From the NCBI RefSeq assembly GCF_001194135.2, contig NC_068988.1, positions 13,597,459-13,661,458 of the forward strand: a stretch of 64,000 nt of DNA. Reading direction: 5' to 3'. Origin of the DNA: Octopus bimaculoides (lineage: Eukaryota). Position 1 is the stretch's first letter, and every line of letters starts with the position of its first letter. Below are positions 24,526 through 38,675 of the stretch, in pieces. The notes below the pieces were generated by a model. That model worked only from the letters and a program-made list of their open reading frames with translations. It made no database searches and was not told the origin of the DNA. Both the position numbers and the translations under genes were made by a program.

Positions 24526-27500
24526 TTTAATTAAAAGCAACAACTTCCACTAATTTACAAATTAAGAGACAACAAATATGTCTTTGTTTCAAATATAAAC
24601 TTATATAATATAGGAGACAAGATGTACTTTTGGCATTCCATAATGAAAAGAAAAGGAAATGTTGCAATAGGTTGGTATGCCAAGATTAATTTGTAAAATT
24701 TTAATTACGACAAGAAACTGAGAGCGCAAAATACTTTTCTTAAAATGAACTTATATGTTCTTGACTTTTAAGTAAATAATAGAAATAATTGATTTCAAAA
24801 TTAATAAGATTAACTTCTTAAAATGCTTATGTGAAATAAAAAGGTAAAATATGTATCATAAACTATTTAAATTATTTCAATGAGAACAAAATATATATTT
24901 CTGCTATTGTTAGTTTTGAATTTCCATAAAGCCAAAATAAATTTTGAAGTAGTTTTTCTGATGAAGTAATACAGTCTTTAAACAATAAACCTCACAGTAT
25001 TTTATAGCTTATCCAAGAATCAGTTCTTTCCATAGCAAGAATTCTTTATAATTTCCATTTTTAAAACATATATATTCACAAAAAATTTTAAAATGCAACT
25101 AATTATTAACATGAAAATCACAAACAGTTCTACACAAGCATAGAAATTAAACTATTTATTGTAAATATAAAGTGATTATTGTTATGGAAACCACCCTCAA
25201 AAATATATCTCTAATTGCTATTTTCCCAAATGTCTTAAAATGTTTACATATGTATATATGAAATAACAAGATGGATTTGAGATAGGAGAGACACAGTATA
25301 TATATGATTGATGAAATATTTTTGGAAAATCAAAGTAAAACATTTTGGGGTGTATACACAAATCTTTAAAATATGAAATATTGTCTATTATGTAAATGGC
25401 TTAACCAAAGGAAGCAGAACTGCATCTATAACCCTTTTCAGACCCTGGTGGAAGGAGGTTTTCCTCAGACCAGGCCTAAACACTAGTAACATGATGAACT
25501 CCACTAAAAGCAACACCCAAAGCCCAGGTGATTGTTCTAAACCAGCTGATTATACACATTAGAGTTTAGATGCTCCCAATAGAAATAAAACTGTAACTAA
25601 AACCCAAATGCCTTTATTTTTACTTTTTCACTTCAGTCTAAAGTTAATTCAAATGTAACCATTTATTGCTGTATGGCCAACTGGTACTTCTTAAGATATA
25701 TGAAAAATTAAATCAAAAACGATAGGACTGAAGCTTTCAGACTTTCAAAAACAGTAGGACTCAGGACTGAAGCCTTCAGACTATGTACTCAACTGAGTAA
25801 ACTAACTTTAGGTTTTTTTTAAAGCAATCTAAAGATGGTTTGGAAATATATGTTATTTAGAGATGATATGTAAAAGCATTAAAGAAAACTATAAAAAATT
25901 ATCTGTTTTCTAGTGAGGTTTTGGTATTAAAATGTCATTTTTTTTTATTCAGTCCAACATATTAATTTTAATATAAAAAAAAAAAAAAAAAAAAAAATCA
26001 ATATTCATTCAACTCTGATTTTCTATTTTAAAAAAATCAAATAGTGATTTAAGATTGGCTATAAGTTACATCATAAATATTTTTGGAACACACTTCTTTT
26101 TTTTATTTTATGAGTTTTTGAAGAAACATTTGTTACACCTTACATGGATTATCAGCAGAAATGATTGATTTATTCTGAGATAATGATAGAATGCTTCTGA
26201 CCTTTGCCTAAACCATTTTAAATCATGATCTTGCTTTTCTTAGATATAATCAGTCAGATTTTCATCTTTAAAGTTATAAAGATTTCCAATTTGATGCATT
26301 TCTTTTTATATATAATTGTAGAATAAATATAAAATAAACATGTAAAATTAAATGAAAATTCAATGCCAATTTTCATTCGTAGATTATTTCTTGTCTTAAA
26401 AAAAATAGATTGCAAATTTTGAAATTTCACTAAATATTTATTGTTATTGCTTTACATTGACTAGATTTAGTATTGGATTAAATATTGGTACTAGTTAAAT
26501 CTTGATATTTAATCTGCTGGTGTTGAGTTACAGAAATATTTAAATCAAAGTTTTCTAAAGCTTGTTTCTCAGTCAGTCCTTATATAGTTAGTTTGCTTTC
26601 AGGTAAAGTCAATTTAGCTTTTAAGTCACAATATAGCAAATCCAACAAAATATTTCATCTTATTAAATATTTTGTTTTTATAAGTATCAAAAGTAATAGA
26701 GTAAATATCTTTGAAATTAATGATTTAAGATTCCAATAAATGAAATTTGATAATTACCATTCAACGCTTTCATGTTTTAAGAAATGATTTTTTATAAACA
26801 AGATATTTTAACTCTTCTATAGCAAAACTAGTTTATGAGATCCACAATATCACTACTTTCAATAATTCTTTTAGTAAATAAACCAGAAAAAACTACAGAA
26901 TTAAGAAAAATATACTTGTTTTCTTTTATTTATTTTGTGTGTGTGTGTGTGTATGTGTAATTTCTGGAAATTAAATCAGAAATTAAAGAGGAAAAAATTG
27001 GAAATTGAGATAAAATGTCATTAAATATGCATAATTTTGAAAATGTTCAGAAATTCTATTTGGGACATTTTAAATTGAGGATATATTTTGGAAATGTATC
27101 ACAATAGTTCTCAGTTGGCAAATTATGAAAAAAAAAAAATGTGATTGTGGTGAAATGATTTTATCAACTACCTATATTCATCATCATTATCTTCATCATC
27201 ATTATTACCATTGTTGTCATTATCATAACACTTCTTTGCATATATGTTGATCTATGTTTTATTTTCATGTACAAATTTTCAGATTAAATAAATTATTGAA
27301 ATTACCATTCCTTGATATCTTTTTTCAATTTGCTTTCAATTCACTTTTGTTGATGACTTCAGTTCAACTCTACTAAAGATATGATTTATTTGATTACTCT
27401 ACATGACTTAAGAATATGTTTCACACTCATTTTTTCCATGAATATATGGATGGTGTACTTTTAACAACTTTAGCTATTTATACACTAGTGTGGCAATACT

Positions 27501-29417
27501 TCCTTTGTTTTACTTCTGGCCTGTTCGTAAACTGGGCAGACTGAAGCAGAGTTGCACAAGAATCTAGCACATTTCAATAAAGGTATATTAATGTAAAAAC
27601 ATTGAATAGATTTAAATTTATACCATCTAATAAAGATTTATTCTTTATGGAGAATGAGATTGGTGAGCGGTTAAATGAAAGACAAAAAAAATATTAGAAA
27701 ACCTCTAAAGATATTTCATTACTGTGTTCAGATAATCTTATTACAATTATAAAGCTGCTATACAACAACCTAAACAGCAACAAAAGTATGTTTAGAACTA
27801 AATTAAGCATCAGGACATTGAAAAAAATAAACATAATCAAAAAGATAAAATGATGTCTCTTTTTATTTGATGTGAATAGAGAATGCTTGAAATAATAATT
27901 ATGGTTTTAATACTTTATACTCATTATTTCATAATGATACCATTTAAATTTTCAGATAGAAGACATCTATCACATAGTAATATTAAGCTTTGAAATATTT
28001 GTGAAATTGCATTTGCTAAGACAACCATTACAAAGTAGCAAAATAATCTTTATGCATTAGAATATTTGAAAAATTCTTATTTGTAATATTTGTTGGAGTT
28101 ATGATTAATTATCTGAAGGTTTCCAACAGCTTTTTCAATTGTTGCCATTTAAAAAGAAACTTAAGATATGTAGAATGAGTAGTCAATAATAACATAATAT
28201 AAAATCTGAAAAATATATTGATTCATTTAAATTTATTCCTAAAGCTAACTCCCTAAGCTAATTACCTAATTAGCAATGGTTGTTACATCAGATTAACCAA
28301 GTTTCTTATTGGCAACCAAGCTACCAAGCTATAATTCTGATGTTTGAAATCAGCAGAGAATATCATAATAGTGAAATACATTTTCTTAAGGCAATTCTAA
28401 CACTGTACTTGTTAGATATATATCACTTTTGCTGTTTAATTATACAAATATATGTTTAGCATATTCTGTAAGCTGGTATGTAAAACAATATCTCTCTTGT
28501 TAACAGAAAAATGAAATAAAATAAAGTGTGGCAGTATTTCTTAGAAATAATAATTGGGAAACTTTTACCAGGAAAACTAGTCACTTAATGAGTCTCTCTA
28601 AGCAACAAATTTCAAATTAAATATGTATAAATCAAAACTGCCTTTCAGAAATCCCAGAAATATTATAAATCACTGCTATGTAATATATTTAGTGTATGTA
28701 AATATGAATAGGGGAATGCCTGAATATATTTAGATATGAATAATTGCATGAATAAACAATAAAAAAAAAGAAATCATTAATGTCTATTATGTAGACAAAC
28801 AGGAATTTATGGCAGCTCTAGAAATGCACAATACAGACACAATTTATATATCTCAACTCATTTTCTGTTTTTAGAAGAAACATGGCTACAAATTTTCCTT
28901 CTGTGCATCAACAATTCACATCCAATTAATCTGCAACCCATAATTCATGAACTCGTATCATACAGTAGCTAATTCATTGTATCAAGAAGCATAACATTCA
29001 TGTTTATTGGCTACAAAATTGATACTAGGCCTTTAAAGATGTTACCTGTGTTAGACAATTATTTTCTCTTGTGGAGTCAAGAGAACTTATACCTCATCTG
29101 TTTAACTTATCAGAAGATATGGTTAAGAATTGGTTGTTAAAATCCAGAATTCTCTTTTAACAGGTTCTGAATATTTAGACTAATATTTTAACAAAATCCC
29201 CAAATGTTTATTTAGAAGTAATAGTTTATCACCCATCAATAGTTTTCCTATAATTTCAGAAATATAGAAATTTTAATCAAGGATAAATTCAACAATTTAT
29301 GACTGACTTCCACATTGTATGTGCCTTTCTTATGGGCAGAATCAGCACACAAAGAGTATGAAGCAAACAACTCTTCTTTATAAACATGTTTTTCAGTCAT
29401 TTTCTGATGAACAAAGC

Positions 29418-29570
29418 TGCAGTTTCCATCTACCAAATTCAGTCAGAAGTCTGTGGTTGGCCTAGGGCTATAGTAAAAAAACATTTGCCCAAGGTACCAT
29501 GCAGACGGACTGAACATGGAACCATGTGGTTGGTAAGCAAACTTCTCAACCATACAGTCATTGTTGCACC
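29418..29570 (-). mobile_element. CORE-type SINE family B, tRNA head plus core
   Basis: Reverse complement contains an A-box-like gactgtatgg, B-box ggttccatgttcagtcc and core ..ccttgggcaaatgt..; homologous to 33400-33552. Confidence 0.75.
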
Positions 29571-30018
29571 TAATATATGTGTGTGTGTTTATATTAGTTA
29601 TTAAATCAAGTAATGTGTCCCACTATGTCTCAAAGTTAGCAGTTCATCAAGCAGAGATCTATAAAATAAATGCCAGATTGAAATACGTATTGAGGTCAGT
29701 GTGATCAATTAAATTTTCAAAGGTGATACCCCATCATGGAAACAGATAAAAGATCAAACCCAGTAAAATAATGTTTAAAGACTTAATGGCTTCAAATTTA
29801 AGGTAAAGGATTACTAATCACAAGTCAAGGAGTTCAAAGCTTCGTATTGAACTTCCACTCTATACGGTAACAGTATATGTACATCTCAGTCTACTTGACT
29901 TCCAAAAATTAACAATTGTAATTTGAAGTTGAATGGTTAGCAGTAAGAAAGATGTCCAGATTTCTTAAAAATTTATTGTGCAAAATATTCTGAGAAAAAG
30001 TAGTTTTTTCACCACAAC

Positions 30019-30021
<3 letters not shown>

Positions 30022-30052
<31 letters not shown>
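30022..30052. repeat. (CA)n microsatellite
   Basis: Direct reading. Confidence 0.95.
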
Positions 30053-30053
<1 letters not shown>

Positions 30054-30059
30054 GTATGC

Positions 30060-30200
30060 CTGTGGTAACTCGAGCTACTACAAATAGCAGCCAAATCTCC
30101 AACACACAGATTTACAGTATTTTGGGAAGAAAAAAAAAACTATGCCATGGGTCTGCTTCATCAGAGGCAGCTCTGGGCTAAACAAAACACAAACATACTT
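30060..30200. mobile_element. Repeat family F fragment
   Basis: ctacaaatagcagccaaatctcc ... ctgggctaaacaaaac, homologous to the 15690 and 49175 copies. Confidence 0.5.
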
Positions 30201-33123
30201 TACATTAAAAGATTATCTACTAAATAATACTAATAAAGTTGACAGTATATCTGAAGTTTCATTCTCTGGTAAAACTCCATGTATTTTAAACATTTTCTCA
30301 TTATACCCTATGTAAGACATATTGGTCAAGCAGAGTTGCCCCACTTAGCTAAAGACCTCAAAATTGTGCAACCTGACCTTGTTTTCGAGGTTATTTTTAT
30401 AGTAAAAAAGAGTTATTGTGCAAAAAACATACTTTATTTGGTAGCCAAAAGATTACTGAATCTTTTGATATCTCATATGTCAAATTCAGCAACTCAGTTT
30501 TTGAATGCAAAAAGAATATACACATGCACTCATGAGCATGCGCGCACATGCACACACACAAACTCTGTTTTATATATTAAGATGTACAAAGAATATTCAT
30601 AAATAAACACAGCTAGTTCAAATTTAAACAGAATATTTTTAGATGTAGTTCTTATGGTCAAGTTTGAAATAAAATTGTAATGCACTTAATGTAAATTTTG
30701 AGTATATTTCGTTTATTTCTTCATTTTAGGTTTAAAAACCCTAACTGGAAATTATCTGAAATAGATCTGAGAATATTTATATACCACAAGTCTAAGAGAA
30801 GGACTTCACATTTTTTTGAGCAGCCTGTCTATTCTGAACATCTAATTACTATAGATACTGATGTAGTAGTAATATCAACTGTACTCATATAACAGTTATT
30901 AGAAATTAGTTTCTTTTATAACCTAACATGTGTGAAACAGTTTCTTTTTTTGTTTTGCGTGTTATACAGTTTCCATAGTGAACATACGAGTTGGGGTAGA
31001 TGGGAGATTAATGTTGGTGAATTCTTTTGTACTGGTGTAGGTTAATAAGTAAGTGGAATGACTAGGTATGAGAAAGCAATAAACATGCTTCTGGGATGGG
31101 AATGAGAGAATAATTATAACAGATGGAAAGGTGTGTTGAAGGAAGATGACCACTATCAAACTTTAAACGAGTAAAAGAGGATGAACTAATAGTAGACAAA
31201 CCAGAAGGAAGGAGGTACAATATAATACTGGAGTAAGAGCTGAGAATTTTGTAGAAAAAGTCTGTTAATCAGATGGTTTGATTTTTCTAGGATGTAGTCT
31301 AACATTTTAGCCACTGGAGCACAGAAACATTCTAGAAATGAAAAACAGTATTTCATGACAGAACATACCATTATTTTAAACCAAGGCAGTTTACAGCTCT
31401 GTTTCTAAATTATATGGGCTACTTAATGACCAAGATATTAAATTTCCTATTCAAAATGTATATGAAATTATATTTATTTCTATTTTGGGGACATATAAAG
31501 AGAATAAGCAGCTTAAATGTCATTGTTCAAAAACTTGATTTTCCTCTTCTAGCTCTGGAGTTGTCCAATACATAAGACTTCTCAGATATGAACAGAAATT
31601 ACAAATTATTCTTAAACAAAAGGAACTTAACCCAATATCAAAACTAGGATATAAGTCAAATGTTTTAGTGAGAATAAGTAACTTTAAATTTATTAGTACA
31701 ATGTGTTGTAGGTATTTCTGCAGGGAATCTGTTCTTTGAAAGTTGTACTTGAACAGATGAAATAACTAATCATTCGAAGATTTTATCTGCAGAATGGTCA
31801 AATGTAATAGTCAATATCAAACTGAACGAGGAATTATCCATTTGGCAAATAATAAATACTAAAGAATAGTCACATCCAAAATTTGTTCTATATAAGTTTG
31901 GTGAGTGTAGCAGTAGCCTAAGCCACATGCAACAAAAATTGTGACATTAATAGATGCTGATATGACAGCACAGTGCATATAAGAATGGGTAATATTATTA
32001 CAAAAAACAAAGAAATTTTAATTTTAATCAAAATGTAAATGAAATATTTTAGCCTGTAACCATTGTGAAGGAACAATGGAAACAAGTAAAAAAAAGGGTC
32101 AGTTAAAATAAAAATTCGTTTGGATTATCATGTCATCATAACTATCTTCTAGATTAGTGTTTTACATCCCATACAAAGAGTAAAATGTGTTGGAAAGATC
32201 ATACGTAACAACTTTAAAGATATAGATGCATATCATTCTGAAAAGATATGCATCAGTCATTTTAAGGTATTCTAATTCAAGAATTCTTTGATCTATTTCC
32301 ACAAAGATTACAACCATTCATAACCTTAGCAGCAAAATCAATATTTTCTGTAAACTATCACTGATGCCATTTTCTCTTAGGTTGGCCTTAGAATAACCTC
32401 TGAAATGTAAAATTACTTCCAAAAAATTATTTTGGGACTTTCTACAGGTATTTTTTGGTCTGGGGGCCTTCTAAGCTAAAAATAAAACATTGGAAAACTT
32501 CAAATTAGTGACAGTGTATTAAGTAAAAGTAAAGGGTATCAGCATTTGGTAAACAGGAAAAAGCATGCATCAAGATTTTCAGAGACATATTTAAATGATC
32601 TGAAGCATTTCCATTTTATTCTATTCAGCTTTTTTTTAATGAACCAGGTACATGATGTGATTACATAACACTAAAACCACTTCTCTAGGGCAGACATTTC
32701 TATATAGAAGCTATTATCTCACTATAAAATAGTGAAATTCCTCTAGAACTATAATTACACGATTTTATAGTTCTAGACATGAATCAAACTGAAACAATTC
32801 TTTTTTGTCTTGTCTGTCAGTCCATTTTTGGTAAAGTTTCAGAAAAGTGACTTTAACAAAGTTAAAGTATGTAACACAAGCTTTATTGTCCACAGCTTTT
32901 GGCTTATAGAGGGAGTACTTAAAGTCAATAACAAAATAATTTACTGATGTTACTTTTCTTGCAAGAACAACTTGCTTTATCACAAAAAACTACAAAATCA
33001 CAGGAAACATCAAATCTTTTTCAGCTCCTTGAAAACCTGGTTGAACAAATGGCTGCTCTAGCTGGAGTTTTGAGATATAATTCAAAGGATTTTTTTTCAA
33101 GGAAACCTGGACTCTCTTTTACC

Positions 33124-33330
33124 CTTTTATTTGTTTCAGTCATTTGACTGTGGCCATGCTGGAGCACCACCTTTAGTCGAACAAATCGACCTAAGGACTT
33201 ATTCTTTGTAAGCCTAGTATTTATTCTATTGGTCTCTTTTGCTGAACTGCTAAGTTATGGGGGACATTAACACACTAACATCGGTTGCCAAGCAATGGTG
33301 GGGCAGACAAACACATACACACAAATACAT

Positions 33331-33389
<59 letters not shown>

Positions 33390-33552
33390 CACGACAGGCT
33401 TCTTTCAGTTTCCGTCTACCAAATCCACTAAAAAGGCTTTGGTCAGCCCAAGGCTATGGTAGAATACACTTTCCCAAGGTGCCACGCAGTGGGACTGAAC
33501 GCGGAACCATGTGGTTGGGAAATAAGCTTCTTACCACACAGACACTCCTGTA
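33124..33552 (-). mobile_element. Full-length CORE-type SINE family B (tail type 1, internal (TG)n)
   Basis: Minus strand: tRNA-like head with B box ggttccgcgttcagtccc, MIR/CORE-like gcaccttgggaaagtgt, (CA)n, then a 3' module ending ccagcatggccacagtcaaatgactgaaacaaataaaag. Resembles octopus OR-type tRNA SINEs. Confidence 0.85.
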
Positions 33553-33773
33553 CCATTTAAATTTTTTAAATATTTTCCAAGTAAGAAAAACCTAAGTTTA
33601 CCAAGTATTACTTCAAAGTGTGATTATGAAACACTGGAATTTATCATCCACTTCTATCATAACTAAACATAATTACTTTTACTTTGAATATTCATCTGGT
33701 TTCTCAGTTATTTTACACAACCAACATTTCAAAAGCTGACAAGACATGTTCATCTTAGCCATGGTTTTCTGTT

Positions 33774-33996
33774 TTAACCCTTTAACATTCAGATTACTCT
33801 CAAGTATAATTGCTTATTTATTCACATTGTTTTGAATCATGCATTATGTTGTAGCTTCAAAATAATGATGATGTGATTGCTTATTTCAAGAATGACATTG
33901 TAGGGTAGGTATGAAAAGCTGGATTTGGCTGGTTTGAATGTAAAACAGGTAGAATATTTAGGCTGGATATGGCTGGATTAAATGCTAAAGAGTTAA
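33774..33996. mobile_element. piggyBac-type MITE, family D
   Basis: Ends TTAACCCTTTAACATT and AATGCTAAAGAGTTAA; interior homologous to the 45174, 50729 and 53827 copies. Confidence 0.85.
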
Positions 33997-35149
33997 ATAT
34001 ACTCATATCTCTGAAATTCAGTATTACACTCACAATGTCTTCATCATACAATGTAAAACCATGGAAAACTGAGTTTATTAATATTGTCATATGATACAGT
34101 TTTTTTATTAAGTAGATGTTGAATACTTGCAGGCATTTTTTTTAATGAAAAAGAGTAACAATTGATAACATTTGGAAATGCTATCTTTTTCATTGAATTT
34201 GTAATTGAATCAGCACAACATTTTCGAACATTCTTTATCAATAGAAATAATAGTGAGTTTTAAAACGAACCAAAAACAAGCATGTATCTCTTACATGAAA
34301 AGTTGTAGTAGAAGAAAAAAAAAAGAGAGAAATTTTGGAAGTTATTTTTATATTTGTTTTAAAACACCCTTGAAGCTTTTTAGTTTTTTTTTCTTCCCAG
34401 ATCAAATCTATCAACGTTAACTCTTTATTATTGATGTTAACTGCACACTTGTAAATCATAACAAATTTTTACATTTAAGAGTCCATAACATACAGTTACA
34501 CAAATTCTCTTGTGACTAAGCATACAGAATACACTAGAGAAACTTTTCATTAAATATAACAGGGCACCCAAGAAAAGTGGGGGAGGGAAACAGTTGCACG
34601 TACGGCAACAAAATAATAAACATTATAAAAAAAGGCTAACAGAATTTTATCAATAATGGATTTAGAATATTATAAGATGAGGGAAATGACTAATAACAAA
34701 CAAAGATTTTCCAACAAACTCTGAACTAACAAAAATGAATTTGAAAACAACTAACTATTCAGTGGCATTGACCAAAATATGGAGAGAGTAAATATTTTTG
34801 CGTTGATTAATTGAGTAGCATTTTTTAGCCAAAACAAATTACACCAGTAAACAATACTAAACAAATTGAGTGGTCTCTTCATTGTTTGTAATCTCTGTAT
34901 ATATAAATACCATTATTACAAATTCTATAATGTCTATTTTCCTGTACTGGCATGGATTTGATGGATCATATATATTAATCTTCAGTCATGATATCTGTAA
35001 GGACCAACATCATGAGATCTATTCTCACCGCTTCATATTAGATCTATTTTTTCTGGTATAAATTAATATTACTAAGAAATATTACCGGTCCCTGGCACAA
35101 TGGAAAAAGAAAAACTGCCAATAGATAGTTTGAGAAGCACTGATCTACA

Positions 35150-36250
35150 TTACTGATTCTAGCCATTACAACAGATAATGCACCTAAGCAGTTCATGGAC
35201 ATCTTTCCAAGGATGCTATAAGTGATTCTACTGCTAACATGTAGTAATTTCTGTCAGTTTGCTAAAGACCCTGCTATATATTTCATATACCTTTGTCTGC
35301 ACTGCTTACATAATATTGAACCCCTAACTACTTTCCTACTTATCAATCAATCAAAGCCACTTAATATACAACAGCAGGATTCTGTGTTTATTATTGGTTA
35401 CAACTTTGGTCTTTGCTATGTCAAATTTTCAGGATTGGACTCTAGTCATTCATGCTTGCTTAACTTTCTTAGCACCAACCACACTACAGAGCACAGGCTC
35501 CTAGCAAAGGACATTTGAAGGTTGTCAGTTGGAAAGAAGAGTTACTTGGTTCTAGTAGTTAACACACCAAAAAACATGGCATTTGCTGTCTCTCGTTCTG
35601 ATATAACCATAACAATATCTTATCCAAATTGACCCTCTCTTGCACTAATTTCATTATCATTCACTGACCAACTTTCAAAATTGGTCCATCTACATACTTT
35701 TGTCAATGTTTTAATGCATTAATTAGCTCAAGGACTTTGCAGTTATCTTATGATCTGCTATCAGTTTATGGTAATATCATTAGGTATAACGCCTTACATT
35801 GACTGATTATTCATACAAACAGAAATACCAGTAGTTGCATATGTGATAAGTAATTTGGTCATTATCAATGATGGACCTGATATCCTCCCTAACTTCATTC
35901 CAGATCATACCGAAGCATAATAGTCTTAATAGATAGTCTTTCAGTTACTTCTTACTAACCCACCTATAATTCTTCATTGAACTTCTCACAGTAACATTTC
36001 TATATTATTTCTATTTTGTTACTGAGAACAAATTTACCAATATAAGACATTAATCTCCAACATCGTTTTTGCTAATAGAGTATATTCCTTGCAATTTGAA
36101 AAACTTCATGCTTTTTACTCTCTCAGTGTAGAAATTAGCAAACCTCCTACTCTGAGCCTCTTGGCATAATAGACATGCTATCAAGCTTCTTGAAACTACC
36201 CTTCGTTACCTATTTTCCTTTACCCCTCTAAGTCTACTGATTAGCTAAAT
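35150..36250 (-). mobile_element. Probable very old RTE-like LINE remnant
   Basis: Only scattered RT-like strings on the minus strand (a YADD-like ctgatagcagatcataag; MIWNEVRED); no open frame. Confidence 0.35.
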
Positions 36251-36619
36251 ACACACATTGGTATACAACAATTCTATCTATGAAAATAGAAGCATACAGA
36301 AAATAGATTTTGAAAATTACACTACATATATAAAAAAAAAAAAAAGAAACATTTATTATAAATACATTCAGTATTAATGACTATACTAAAAATTGAAGAG
36401 GTTGACACAAAAATTAATAAACCAATGTTTTCAAATAAAATCTGACCTGAGAGAGAGAGAGTTTAGGTGAGACTAGCTGGTCACTTGGCACAAAAGAAGA
36501 AAAACTAAATATAAATATTACTTTTATAGTGATTGAAAACATCATCTTAGGAATGAATCCAACTTGGTTACTGAAAATAGAATGGGTAATGAAGCAAACA
36601 ATATAATTTAAATGCTTTA

Positions 36620-36850
36620 TCTCTTTCTCTCCCTCTCTCTCTTTCTAAATGACCTCCCCATCTCTAACTCGCTCTAAATGGTCTCTCTTTCTCTCACAAC
36701 CTCTCTCTACCTTCCCCTAAATGATCTCTCTCCCTCTCCTCTCCCTCTAAATGATCTCTCTCCCTCTCCCCTCCCTCTGATCTCTCTCCCTCTCCCCTTC
36801 CTCTGATCTCTCTCCCTCTCCCCCCATCTCTCTCTCTCTAAATAACCTCT
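36620..36850. repeat. Pyrimidine-rich minisatellite (units like TAAATGATCTCTCTCCCTCTCCCCTCCCTC)
   Basis: At least four recognisable (taaa)tgatctctctccctctcc units in an almost purine-free plus strand. Confidence 0.85.
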
Positions 36851-37099
36851 CAGTTTTTCCTTTAGATTGCACAGAAGTTGAACGTACCCTTATATTCTAA
36901 CCTGCCAATTAGTGTAGTGTTATTGAGGGTGATATGCTGAAATACTTGGGCACTTGGTAGATAATATCCCAAAGCATGTCTTTCAGGACCCAACAAAATT
37001 AAATGTTGCCACTTTTGCTTGGTCCTGAAGACTTGATTTCAAGTCTTTTTAAACATTCATCAGTGAAAGAATATCATCTTCTGATGAAGGAGAGAGCTT

Positions 37100-37285
37100 A
37101 ATAGCTTATTGCATTGACCAGACTACTGAAAGTTGTCATACATCTCTGGCCACAATGTGGTTCCTCACATTGCTTTAGTTTTGAATGATGTCAAGAGCAA
37201 AATGTACTCCTGGTCTGGGAATTAAAATAGCAATCTTACAATCACGAGTACAACACCCTAACCACTAGGCCGTACACCTTCAGTA
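37100..37285 (-). mobile_element. tRNA-headed SINE, family C-like head
   Basis: Reverse complement starts gaaggtgtacggcctagtggttagggtgttgtactcgtgattgtaag, homologous to the head of the 57146 element. Confidence 0.65.
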
Positions 37286-37415
37286 GCTCATAGATTGTTG
37301 AAGTATATAGAACAAGACTCAGATGAACTGGTCAGTCTGATTTGCATTACAATGCATACACTAAAAATATAAAGCACCACACAGCACAGATGAATTAATA
37401 TACACACAAGTGTGG

Positions 37416-37419
<4 letters not shown>

Positions 37420-37451
<32 letters not shown>
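37420..37451. repeat. (GA)n microsatellite
   Basis: Direct reading. Confidence 0.95.
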
Positions 37452-37453
<2 letters not shown>

Positions 37454-38415
37454 TGGAAGATAGACTGGAAAAGGTGAACTGAGGGAATATGAACTACAAT
37501 TTGTTTAAATCTAACTGTCCATTGTATACAAGAAAGGAAATATATTTTGCCAAAATATTTTGAGTAATGTAATTTACATTAGGAAAAAGGAAAAGTTCAT
37601 CTTTGTTTTTATTCACTATCTATAAAAACTACAAATCTATTTAAACACACATACAATGCCTACTATATATATATATATATATATATAAGACTGTCAATGG
37701 AACAATACGATAAAAATAAAATACACATAGGAACAAACATCAAGTGGATATTATTTTAGACAGTCTAAGTTTATATTCCACTCAAGGAGTATTATGATGC
37801 TGGGTCTCTGAGCAAGGCACTTAAGTTTATAAGCCCTACTTTATATACCCTAATAGGACAGGCTTATTGATTATTTCACTATTCAAGGAGTTAATCACAA
37901 TCAAATTTTAAATGCCTTTTTTTTGTTTTGTTTTTATTTTGTGCTATTTTAATCATTTTGTCTACTGTAGTATGTATGAAAGGTGACAGTAGGTGAAGAA
38001 GTGCCAAGTAGAAGAAACTTACAGAAGAGGAAGATGTAAGAAAATGTGGTGAAAGCTAATTTTGGTATGTTGAACCTCATGAAGGAGATGACAAAAAAAA
38101 TGCAATGAGTGGTGAGACACTGTATGGGAAAGACTCCTCTAACCCATACATACATATAAAAAAAATAAAGGAAAAACAGGAGTAAAATTATGATGGTGTT
38201 TATCTTAAACCTAAATGATAGACAATATCTTGTTAATATTTCAAAATCTAAAGAAATATAAACAAAATGATAAAATAGATTATCTGATTGTATATTAATA
38301 ATAATAATAAAACAATAAAATAATAATAATAAAACAAGTTAGTCTGCTAGCTGTGAACAGCTGACACTTTCCATCATACCCAGCAAAATAAGCAGAGTTT
38401 TCATCAAATAATATT

Positions 38416-38630
38416 AATCCTTTTCACTGTAGGTATAAGGCCTGAAATATTGGAGGAGGGGGCTAGTTAATTTCATCAACCCCAGTACTTAACTGGTATT
38501 TATTTCATGGACCCCAAAAGTATGAAAGGCAAAATCAACCTTGGAGGAACCTGAGCTAAGAACGTAAAACCAAAAGAAATGCTGCTAAGCATTTTCTCTG
38601 GTGCTAACAATTCTCCCAACTCACCATCTT
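38416..38630 (-). mobile_element. SINE family A copy, followed by (AAT)n
   Basis: Homologous along its length to 58196-58423. Confidence 0.8.
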
Positions 38631-38631
38631 C

Positions 38632-38675
<44 letters not shown>

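Noticed and set aside
30279-30602. 107-aa ORF and an overlapping minus-strand open stretch
   Set aside because: No recognisable homology or convincing splice pair; ends in simple repeat.
32947-33147. Helical-looking 66-aa ORF
   Set aside because: Poor acceptor, no donor, and it runs into a SINE tail.
33480-33552. tRNA-like A/B boxes as real tRNA genes (also 57150, 58330-58423)
   Set aside because: They are SINE heads: no full cloverleaf, and each is attached to a SINE body.
33257-33595. ORFs with CVCVCV or HTHTHT runs (also near 9866, 29909, 43807, 53633, 55268)
   Set aside because: Translations of (TG)n/(CA)n microsatellites within SINEs.
36700-36840. Spaced repeats as a CRISPR-like array
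   Set aside because: Low-complexity eukaryotic minisatellite with no unique spacers and no cas genes.
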